NCBI RefSeq assembly: GCF_964355755.1
Contig: NC_092670.1
Location: 1,292,201 to 1,356,200, forward strand
DNA length: 64,000 nt
From: Antedon mediterranea
Taxonomy: Eukaryota; Animalia; Echinodermata
Direction: 5' to 3'
Shown: positions 41,325 to 52,451 of the stretch, piece after piece
Numbering within the stretch: the stretch's first letter is position 1
Layout: each line of letters opens with the position of its first letter
Notes under the pieces: model-generated
The model's input: the letters and a program-made list of their open reading frames with translations, nothing else
The model's database searches: none
What the model was told of the DNA's origin: nothing
Translations under genes and position numbers: made by a program

Positions 41325-41689
41325 TTAAAGATATATTGTCCCCCTAAAAAAATATTTTTTTAAATTTTTTTGTTGAATATGTTATTTTAATGTCACATAA
41401 TAATTAATAGTTATTATTCACTCTCACAAAAAATTGGGTCTGAAAAAAATTTATTTACCTGAGAAAAATGTAATTTAAAGCAAAAAATGGTCAAATTGTC
41501 TGGAAGACAATGAGTTTTTGGGTAATTTAACTGTTTATTTTGTCTTTTTATAGGTGAAATAATTTTTTCCCCCCGTTTTCTTTCTTATGGAAGTGAACAA
41601 CTTCATTAAAACTGCAAAATGGCCTATTCAAAGTCCGATTTAAAAAATCTTTATTTTTCATAATTTTGGGGGACAATACATATCTTTAA
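41325..41689. mobile_element. TTAA-flanked TIR element related to 10981-11535
   Basis: ttaaagatatattgtccccc ... gggggacaatacatatctttaa. Confidence 0.75.
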
Positions 41690-42031
41690 GGATCCCAAGA
41701 AGCTATTATAAGCTTTTTCGGCTATGCTGGAAAATCTTTTTTTAATGTACTTTTTATTTGTAATGTCAGTAATTAATGTTATCACTTTGTATGTATTTTT
41801 TATAATGATTTTCCAAAAAAATTCACATTAATTTTTAATTAATTCCTCAAATTGTTTGTTTTTTTAATGATTTCCACACAAAATTAATAAAGATAATTAT
41901 ATTACAATAAACATACTAAATATCAAATTAAATGATAACCAGGACAATTAGACAATCTGAGTCTCTCTATGGTTTTAGTCTGATAACACCATGGGGTACG
42001 TCAGCACAATAAAAAAAAAAAAAAAATTGTG

Positions 42032-42633
42032 TTAAAGGCCAGGTGCAGGCAAAAAATTTCTATTGATCATACATTCCAATAATCATCGATCTATAGTTTC
42101 CCCTATGTTTCATAATTTTTGGGATTTTATTTGTGTTACACGAGCTTGTTGAAAATAAACACTTTCTTATCAGTGGAGGGATAGTTCAAATTACACAGTA
42201 AAATCTCTATTCTTTTGTACACAAATTTTGTAAATAGACAGGCATTTTAAAAAGCTATGAAAACTAAACAGTGTGGTAAAAAATGTTATCAGATGACTAA
42301 ATATAGGTAATATAACTTGAATATTACATTTCTGGTATTTTTATTCAACTTCAGATTTTTATTTTCATGCTATGGCAAAAATTATCCACCTTATATCCAC
42401 CATCTTTTTTCACCTTCTAGGGAATCACCAGCCATATTATTACATTAGGTTAACTACCTAACTACTGAAAAAAAGTCTTTCTGGTTTTTATGAAAGAATT
42501 TTGCCAAATTTTGTATTTGACCATATTAAGGGAAATTCATGTTTTTTCGTCTTGATTTCTGTTACAAATATTTGATTTATGTACAATTAACCAAAAATGT
42601 TATTAAAAATTCATGCCTGTACCTGAGCTTTAA
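42032..42633. mobile_element. TTAA-flanked TIR element (Kolobok-like)
   Basis: ttaaaggccaggtgcaggca ... tgcctgtacctgagctttaa imperfect TIR. Confidence 0.65.
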
Positions 42634-42960
42634 AATACTGAAGTAGGCCTACTTTGAACAATGATGCTCATATTCCTCTCACGTTTTACTATTGTTTTCA
42701 AATTCAATTCTTCCTGAAAGATGACTTGTATAACAAGTGAGTGATTTTAGATTGCAAATATACACACAACTCCTAAAGACAACAACATTCACAGCTGTCC
42801 AGCTCCTAAAAATGTATTTTTATGCTATTTGCCGTGTCTACCATGGCCGTAGAGGGCATACTATGTGCCATGAGCATAGTATGGCCGATTTCAAATGCAT
42901 AATAATAAATATTCGTTGACATCTTTTCAGTTGAATTCACAAAACTCGCTACCCACTTCA

Positions 42961-45900
42961 TCAAATCCATTTGACAATATAATAATTTTTTTTTCCTGTA
43001 ATAAAAACACAAAATTATTAATAAATTATAGGCAATTTTGATGAATGATGACCAAATATAATCCAGTGTCAATATGGTATAATTTACTGTACAATTTACA
43101 GAAACGTACCAACTCTTATAAATGTGAGGTTATTTTGTAGTATGTGTTCTCCTTCTAATAAAACTTGGTTTGGGTTGGTCACTCTATTGTTGTTGATGTA
43201 CAGACCACCATCTCGGATAAGTTTTTCACCTTTACCTGCGAGTACAACAAACTTAGTTTAAATCAAATGGTTAAATTAGAACTCATTAACAAATAATCAA
43301 AATGTTACCTTGTATACACAGTATTAAATACACATGTCAAAATTAAAATATAAATGTTATCAAAACTTACCCCCAGTGGGAAGGCACTTAACCTTCTCTA
43401 CCATATCAAATATGCTGATTCCAGGTTCTAGTATAATCTGTGAAATAAAAGCTCCTTTAAATAGTTCCTCAGCCTCTTTTTCATTGAGCACTTCCAAAGC
43501 TCTGATTCCAGAACTTCCATACAAAGCCTCTGTTAACCTTTTGGCCTTTGATAGACCTTCCTCTGGGGAGATATCAACAAAGAACAAAACAACAATAAAC
43601 TATCATCACTGACAACATAATCAACAGCAATCATAATTTTCATTATTGACCACACACCATCACCAACCAGTAGTTGTATCAGTTTTATCAGTGTTATAGC
43701 TAACCTCACCATTATCAATGTCCCTATGTCATCATACATAGTCCCACCACTCTATCTATATCTATAGTATGTCTACCTAAACAAGTTACTGACCTCCATG
43801 CACCAAAAGTGAGACCTGCTCAGCAAGCTTTTTCTGTGCTTGCCGTTTTGATGGATGTGACTGGTGTTTCTGCATTATGCTTCCTATCTCATCTAAGCTT
43901 AAAAATGTAAATAACTCCAGGTACTTCCTCATAAGTGAATCAGGTAGTTGTACAAAGTACTGCAAAAGAAATAAGAATTCTTAAACACTGAACGATGTTC
44001 TGTGCATTAAAGAGTTTCTTACAATTACAGGATTCTAGGTTTAAATCTTTGGTGCTAAAGTCTACACATCAAACTAGTTTGCTATGATGTGCCCAAACAT
44101 GGTAGTGATATGCCCAAATATGGTAATGATATGACATGATTATGTCCATATATGGGCACATCACATTTTTTGTCACATAATGTTTGATAGTGTAGACAAA
44201 GCTTTAGATACACTGAAGAATGGTATCAACTTTTTGTAATCCATTGTGAAAAAGAAAGGAATGTAGATTACGAATTTGGGAAATCCCATCTACACAAAAT
44301 GATTCTTTAGTTTAGGAGGAAGGACTAAATATCTAATCAGCTTATGTCACTTACCTGATACAAGTCAAATTCTGATGTGTTCTGAGAATTTAGCCAGACA
44401 GCGTTGCCTGCTGTTTTACCAAGTTTGTCACCTGAAGAAGTGGTAACTAATGGGAGAGCTATACCATAAACTGAGGGGCCATGCAGCCTGTCAATAAGCT
44501 CATAACCTGTACAAATATTACCCATTTGATCCATGCCTCCTAACTGAAAAGGAAAATGTAGCTTTATTAAAGGTACAGTAACTAATACAAATTGTATTCA
44601 CAGTTTTATTCCCATAATATACTACAGTAGCTATACATGTTTAGCTGTGAAAACTCATAACCCACAAGCAACTTCCACTTATTGCATGCTACTGTGACTT
44701 TTATTTACCACCTGTTAAGTTATTATTAGTTTTGATAAAACTACAAATGTACCTGAATTCTGCAACCATACTGGCGATGCAAGTGCAGGAAGTCATATGC
44801 TTGGAAAGCTTGGTAAGAGAACTCGCTAAAATTCAAACCGGCTGGGCTTTCCAATCGTGATTTGACACTAAAAAGACAAACACCTTCAATGTCAGCGGGG
44901 TTTGACTACCTGTACATATCGTGTAGTGTTAACAACATACATTTTGAAAACATTTAGAGGAACACAAACCTTTTTCTTCCAAGCATTGTACCCATTCGTA
45001 GATGGCGTCCTATACTTGATAAAAACTCTACTACATTTTTTCCCTCATACCATGATGAATTATTTAGGATTCTATAATAAATAAATAATTAATTTGAATG
45101 TTAAACAATTTAAAACAAAACTAAATTTGTATAGATAATTCAAACCGGTATTATACTTAAACCGGTACTAGAAATCCATTAAAAATGTTTAAGATTTTAC
45201 TTTTATATTTAACAGGTTACATCTCAGCAATATAAACTGGGGCTAAAAGGCTAAACATTCCACAGTTTGAGGTTGGATTCCCAGATAGCAGTGGCTGTCC
45301 TTGATTTCTGTTACACTAGTATTGAACTTTAACCTAATTGCTGTATATTTTGTAATAATTTTTGTAAATTAATCATACTTCATTGGTTTAAGATCTTTTT
45401 TTGATTTCCAAATATACAACTCATGATTTTCAAATATAGTCTTTAAATTGTTCTCAATAGCATCCACGTTTTGTGCAACTTGGTCAACAGACAATGGATC
45501 TCGTTCTTTGCTCTTTCCGCTTGGGTCACCGATAGATGCTGTTGCTCCTCCAATCTGTAAAATAAAATTATCAACAGTCAACTTTTTGGAAACCAAATTT
45601 TGATAATGATATACCTCAATGATGAGAATATGTTGATGCTAGTGTTGTGGTTGTCCCTGTTTCGTTTCTTTGTTTTAAAATGTTACAATATTACTTTATT
45701 GTGTTGTGCTTGAAATGAAATAAATATCAATATCAAAAAGGATGATGACAATTGTTTTGATATTAAACGTTTATTTTGTGTGTAACTATAATACTCACTA
45801 ATGCAATACCATTGTGTCCAGCTCGTTGGCAGTGAATTAGGCCAATAATAGCCAGAAGGTTGCCAATATGGAGACTAGAAGCCGTTGGGTCAAATCCGCA

Positions 45901-48656
45901 ATAGATAGTCTGAGGGGAACTTGTCAACACCTTTGCTAATTCATCACTACAAAAGTTGTAAAACATTTGTTTCTAAACATTATATATTTTCTTTTTGTTT
46001 TGCTGATGAAAATTAAAACAAACTTTCTGGCACTTTAAATATTCATTGACATTGAAGGTAATGTTAATTTACATTGCCGTTTAGTATTCACATTTGGATT
46101 AGTTTATTATTTAATTAAGTCTTAAAAGTCTTACGTTGAGTTTGGAAAAATATCTTGAATAAGACCTCGTTGATGGAGTGTTAGTATATTTGATGATGGC
46201 TTTGTCTTGGGCAGAGTTTTGCTAAAGTATCTTTTGTGAAACCTAAAATAAACCAGAAAAATAAAAAAATAAATTTACTTTCAGATATATACCCTTTCTT
46301 ATTAAAAAATGTGTTATTAACTTTAGACTATGGATTTTATTTTCTACTATTATTGGCATTTCTAATTAAGCACCCTTGGCAACATGAGACAATTGGTTAT
46401 TTTCCTTGGCTGAGATGCAGTACAACATACTATTATTAAATTATGGAGGAGTTAACTTACTTTTTAATGTTATGGCCCATGGGGTGAATGATTAATTTAT
46501 GTAGATTATAGTAGACTATTAGGTCACAGTGCATTTCGGCCGCCGGTTATGGAACGCCCACATTCATGAAACTCCAAAAAGGACAAAATATGGCATGATC
46601 ATTTCGGCCGCCAGGTATGGCGCGCCAAATTGAAATAGCCAGAAATAACTCTTTAACTGTACAGTATTACAGTGAAAAAAAATAACTTTATCAAGTCTAT
46701 GGAACGCCACAGACAACTATGGTCATTTAAACTAGAGATCAGTTGTGCAATGGGCTAAATACATTTTGTTTTTGCCGTAGGCATAGATTTAAAGTTATAT
46801 TAGTTACGGTATTTTACCGTCTGAATATTTTGGTCAAAATGAATATTGATTTAATGTTTATTTTTTTATTTATTTTACAAGTCCCGAAGATGCGTGTGCT
46901 TTGTAAAAATGTGTTTCTTTTAATATGAATCAAGTCAAGTGTTTTTGACTGGCACATAAAAAAAACTTCAGCATATCATTAATATTCACTGTAGTGATGG
47001 CAATGTGCACGCTATAATATCGCTGCTGTTTCTGGAATTGAAGACCGCCGATTCGGCTTAATAATACAGTATTTAGGCCTAGTAAAATATTAACATTTTA
47101 ACACACATGGCGTGTCATACATATTCAAGAATAATTACAATTCTGGCGGCCGAAATTAACAATACATATTTTGTCTTTTTTTGGCGTTTCATAAATTTGG
47201 CAATTCCATAACCGGCAGCCGAAATGACTGGCGGCCGAAATGATCAGACACCGACTATTATAGGGTTGATTAGGAAGCATTACTAGCCAGTTCCCCCGTC
47301 GCACCATAGCATGTAATGTGGTGTACAGGATCGATCGTTTTAGTAGTCCTACTACTACAGGCCACCCCTAGTCTACAGGCCCACTTAAGTCACTAGTCTA
47401 CAGTGTACTGGCTGCAGTGTGCTAGATGGCCTCTCTCTAGCCTATTTTTAGGCCTAGGCTAGGCGGTAGCCGATCGCTCCGGCCGCGCTTCACTCCGGCC
47501 GCCGTATCAGTTTAGTGCGATGGTATGCCGCTATTCAATTTGACTTCCTGTGCAAAGGGGCCGTTAGTATGGAGCGCCCATATCTACGTTTTCTATACTG
47601 TTCAGTGTTACTGTTATAACAAATTCTTGGTGAATTTAAATGGAACTAGGCCTAGTTGAATATTTATTAGCAACAATTTTACTTTTTTCATTAACAATAA
47701 CATTCAAAGAAGTTGGAACTGCTTTTTTTTTCAAACTAAACTTAACTTAATTAAATTCAATAATAAACTAATAATCAAATACCCATCTAATTAATGCTTG
47801 AATAACACTATTTAATTTCTTTCTATGTACATTTATTTTTATAGCTTTACATTTATTAACATTAAAAATTTGTTAAAACCCTTATTTTTATAACACTTTA
47901 TCTTGCCAGTACCCATACTTACTAATTATAGTTAATAACAATATGTAAAATATTAATTTATTTATTTCAAATAATCAATTATTATTGATGTTGTTATAGT
48001 TAATAACAATATTTACAATATTAATTTATTTCAAATAATCAAATATCGTGTAATTAATGTTACCTGGAATTGTATCAAGAATTATATTATTTTTGTACAG
48101 TCCAATTTACAATGATTTTATATTTTAATTTATATATGATAACAATAATATGACATATAGGGTACATTGCAATAAATTACATTAATTAATAACATTACAA
48201 TTAATATACTAGCCTATAATTACATTTAATTGGATACAACACATAAATTATTTTGTTTTAGCATTAGACCTAACTTAAAACACTTGCGATGTTGTTGTGA
48301 TCCTGAAAGAGAAAAAATATACTGTATGATTACAAATATTTATTTTGATTCTCTACAAAAAAACGTGTCTCGGTTGTAAAATACTCATTGGGCGCTCCAT
48401 AGCTGCGGCCGGAATGAATCGCGGCCGGAATGAATCGCGGCCGGAGTGATCTGTATTCGGCTAGGCTAGCTGGGCTTATATTATAGGCTAAATTAAAGGA
48501 GGACAGGGAAACTGAGCGCCCGGAATAGTGTGCAACTTGTATATTTATCATTAATATATTGTTTTATAACAATACAAACCTCAATTCTAAACAATTTATT
48601 TGTCTGTTTCCAATCCTGGGCAACCTCACCAAAATGCATTTATGAACTGTCGCCAT
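42961..48656 (-). CDS. YARS2: Mitochondrial tyrosyl-tRNA synthetase
   Basis: Exons ~48580-48656 (Arg-rich presequence), 46135-46242, 45799-45946 ([15 protein letters not shown]), ~45379-45554 ([13 protein letters not shown]), ~44980-45071, ~44753-44867 ([12 protein letters not shown]), ~44355-44543 ([13 protein letters not shown]), ~43794-43960, ~43371-43562, ~43110-43236 and 42961-42995 ([11 protein letters not shown]). Confidence 0.96.
44056..44206. mobile_element. MITE family A copy
   Basis: taaagtctacacatcaaactag ... tttgatagtgtagacaaagcttta. Confidence 0.75.
46522..47252. mobile_element. Non-autonomous TIR element, GG...CC termini, 8-bp TSD
   Basis: TSD GACTATTA at 46514-46521 and 47253-47260. 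Imperfect ~80-bp TIRs (catttcggccgccggttatgg...aaaggacaaaatatg). Confidence 0.85.
47465..48458. mobile_element. Related non-autonomous TIR element, 8-bp TSD
   Basis: TSD GGCTAGGC at 47457-47464 and 48459-48466. Subterminal (c/t)tccggccgc repeats and atggagcgccca/tgggcgctccat inverted motifs flank a very AT-rich interior. Confidence 0.8.
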
Positions 48657-48755
48657 GCTTGTTTTGTGTGAACCAAAGAATATATATCACGTGTGAACTC
48701 AATCGTTGACATCAAGAAGTTCACTTTATAGACGAAACTATTATTATATAATAGG
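48657..48755. promoter_or_regulatory. Compact bidirectional promoter YARS2 / LDAF1
   Basis: The YARS2 ATG at 48656 (-) is ~100 bp from a plus-strand donor (ataggtaaaa, ~48754) that could splice to the LDAF1 coding exon (acceptor 49523). A tcacgtg E-box is at ~48687. Confidence 0.5.
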
Positions 48756-49534
48756 TAAAATATTCTGAAAGAATCACTTTCTGTATTTGAATGAATAATA
48801 ATGCGTTGTCAATAATTATTTTAAATAATTTTTTGTTATTATAATTTAGCTTTTAAAATAATGTATACTATTTTTTTTAACAGTGTTTTACCAATTTGTT
48901 TAAACCTAACTATTGAAATTACCCTATAATAAAAATGAATGGTTCTTGTATGATGAAATTTATAACAAGGGGAATACCCAGGTGATGTTTTGCATAAAAC
49001 TGATTGTTGTGGCGAAATAGGCTACTGAACAGTATTACTTGCCCTTGTTCAATGGCTAGTATAGACAAGGAAAGTCGTAAGTACGACATTGTTTTTTGAC
49101 TAAATTGTGGGCTACAAGAATGAGGAGAATGAAACAAATTATGCTAGCCTTATTAGACTAGATGGGGAGAGGGGGGGAGAGAGAGTGTCCTAGTAGTAGT
49201 AGGCCTAGTTTAGTTTATAGTGTAGTGCTACTTCTTTGTAAGTTGTAGTAGTAGTAGCCTATTAGTAGGCCTACTGTACACTTTCATTGGGCCTACAAAT
49301 AGTAGCAGAGAAACGAGCTAAAAAGCGTGTAGGCCTAACAGGCAATGAGACGTAACCTTGGCCTACAGTCTGCTTTGTTACTACAAGTTTTAAGAAAATA
49401 AGTAAGATTTAAGAAAATAAGTAAATAAAAGATTTGATTTTAATCCTATTCATATTGAAATTAATGGCCCCTTTAGGCCTATATACTGTATAATTATTAT
49501 ATAATAATACTTTATTCTTGCAGGTGGTACTAAC

Positions 49535-50118
49535 ATGATGGGTGCTGCTTCTGACAGATTGGCTGCCATCAAAATGTCCACAATCAAACAGATTGCGAGA
49601 TGGATAGAAGTTTTCAAGCTTCGAGAATGGATTGACTGCCTGAAGGTGTGGGCAATGGTGCATCCATTCCTTGCAGTGTTTGCCATTGTCTTTCTCCTTT
49701 CAACTTCTGTACCCGTTATGATCTTCCTAAGCTTTACCGGATGTGTGCTCTTGTTCGGAATCATCAGTTTTGCCTTCATTGAAGGTAAAATGCAATATTT
49801 AATTGGTTTTAATCATCATTTTCATCAGTGTAGTACTCACCATTTCGTTTATCATATTCTTTCCTAGGCCTAATATTAACAACCAGTACAGCCATACTGC
49901 TCACATCTGTAGGCTTTGTGGCCACTGCTGCCCTTGGCTTCACCGGCTTCATCATAAGCTGCTACTTCGTTCTCCAGCTTGGCTATCGCTTCCTTGATGT
50001 TGCAACCGAGAAAGTTAGACACGGATACAACGGAGTTGCCACGTGGTACAAACCTGATGTTTCACATAAAATCGAAGAATCGCAGAGTGAAGTTGAAGAC
50101 CTAAAGGTTAAAGATTGA
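49535..50118 (+). CDS. LDAF1: Lipid droplet assembly factor 1 (promethin/TMEM159), ~166 aa
   Basis: Exons 49535-49784 and 49868-50118. HPFLAVFAIVFLLSTSVPVMIFL...FIEGLILT...GFIISCY resembles human HPFLAFTLLVFIVMSAVPVGFFL...ILEGLVIS...GMMIASY, with a long double-hairpin hydrophobic region. Confidence 0.85.
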
Positions 50119-51060
50119 CGGTGGTGGCACCCTGTAGATAAAGATCAAGGCTTTCAGAAAGATGTTTACTTCAGCTCCCATCAAGAGATTAATTGGTTAG
50201 AAGAAAACATATTGCTTAGAGTTGCTGTTGTCAGTATTTTCATGTTTGTTGTTGTTTCACCATTCCTTCATTTTCTTACTGTGGTTTATTAATTTATCAA
50301 GGTTCAAGTTAAATAAAGAGTCATTTACTCTCCTCCTTGAGCAGTATTATAACAACAAATACTATATTATAAATATAATAGTATTACTGTATTAGTATAC
50401 AAGACATTATAAATACTGTATTATTTATTTTTTGTAATGCATGTTTTTTTAACAAAAATCATTATTGTATGAATAAACAATTTCTAAAGCTTCGCTACAG
50501 GGATGTCATAAGAATTTTGATCCAAAACAAATTTATTTTTAAAAATATGAAGTTAATGTATGGATCATTAAATTCTTTAAAAAATTAATAAGCTGTTTTG
50601 TGTGCTTAGTTGAAAAAAAAAATTGGGGTGATAAAATCACCAGTAATTGCTAACAGAAGTACTGTAAATAAACACACATTGGTGGCTAAAACTTGTGAAT
50701 ACTAGTATTTTGTTTTGTAATATTGAGACAACCTGTCACTGGTATTATTGAAAGTCAGTATGCCTCCAACAATAAGATTAAGAAGTTATAAACAAATAAA
50801 TGTAGGCTAATTAATATAATGCTGCTAATGCACGATGGAATTCCATGACAGCATGAGTGTGATCATCATAAGTTACAAATAAAAAAACGTAATATTTATT
50901 AAATTTAATTAAAAAACATAAATCTAGCATTTAAACCGTACATCGGTTGTTTGTGTGAGCACGTGTTCATCTAGATTTCGCGCGCTTCCATTTCTGACCA
51001 ATCACAAGTTGGGAGAGTGTTTAGAGATGACACTACGTAACTAATTAACCAACCCAAGTC

Positions 51061-51148
51061 ATGGCGGCCCCGACGTACAACAGCATCAGCACTGCACTTT
51101 ACCTAGCCTTCTGTACGTGTTTCTGTTTATTAATTTCAGTGGTCTTTG
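51061..51148 (+). CDS. Upstream ATG exon encoding a signal-anchor-like peptide (putative alternative first exon of the promethin-like gene)
   Basis: gtcATGg context, MAAPTYNSISTALYLAFCTCFCLLISVVF, and a phase-1 donor G|GTAGGT. A CCAAT box and CpG-rich motif lie at 50975-51005. The downstream partner exon cannot be determined from sequence alone. Confidence 0.55.
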
Positions 51149-52451
51149 GTAGGTATTCTGGGCAGAAGAAATTAATATTGTTTAGGTGCGAGTCGAGTGC
51201 AGACCATCTAATAAAAGCATAGGCCTTCATCTTGCGGCCTTAATATCCTATTATATCTGAGCTGGCTAGCTAGCCAGCTAGGCAGTACAGTAACAGCTGG
51301 GCTAGGCTACCTGGCCATACTTATATAGTATTTTTGGAAACTTTAGTAACTTCCTCTACATTCCTAAATGTGCTAAATTTCCAATGTGTGATACTGCCCT
51401 CGGCAGATAATTGAACATAATCTTTTGCTCTGCTCTGGCCTTCAAACAATCACCAGTCATCAAAAGTATTTGATAACATTATCTTCCATTAACAGCCTAA
51501 TTGGATCATTATAGGATGTATTTGGCAGAAATTAAGTGCCCGATTTCCTGACTGGCACTGACAGTCTTTGAATTGTATTATTATAAACCCAATTTCAATA
51601 ATAGAAAGAAGCTTTTTATACATATTTAAAAATCTTTTTTCTTTCCGTTTAAAAAAAAAAAGTATACAATTATCATATATCAATGACCACCAACAATGGC
51701 TATCCCCCACGATATTATTATTATCAGGCCAATTTATAATGTGAGATAGTAATAGGGGCGATCGTAGCCATGAGTATAACTTCGGTTGTGAGGGAGATCA
51801 AGTAAAAATTCTTCAGATGCATTATTGATATATACTTTACTTTCTTTTTTTGAAGAATCTTAAATAATTAAGATGGAGATAATCTAGTAATCATAATGGT
51901 ATGTGTTCTTTCAAAAAGTAGTAAACCTGACTATCTTTATTTAGAAATTCTGATTCATTAAGACCCCTAAAATCCTGTTGGCAAGGTGATTTCATATTCT
52001 CATGATTGTTACTAGTTAGCAGTGGCGGATCCATGTTATTTAAATAAGATGCGGACGCCTTAAATATAGTAAAATTAAATGGTGAACCCAAAAAGTATTC
52101 GATATACATTGTATTGCTAAAACATGGTATGGTTTATAAATAGAAACAAAAAGTATAGTGGAATACAAGATATTAGATCTGCAATCGTTGAAAGTGCTGA
52201 AGATTCCTAATTAAATCATCATGTAGCAATAAAGAACCTGCAAACTTGAAACATTGGCTGGCAATGAAAAGCGAGATTTAACAAATTAAAGGCGAATGAG
52301 TCATCATACACTATCACAAAACATGCATCCTGCTCAAAGTTAGAAAACCATCCGGCGGAGAGAAGGCTGCTAGCAAGTGAATTAACAACTTGTTTTCCTT
52401 TTTCAATTTGTATCCGCTGTACCAAAACACTGTTTGCACTCCACGTCAGCG

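Noticed and set aside
51856-51898. Possible cassette exon between the two upstream exons of the promethin-like gene
   Set aside because: It has AG/GT sites but would introduce an immediate stop and has intron-like composition. It cannot be supported without transcripts.
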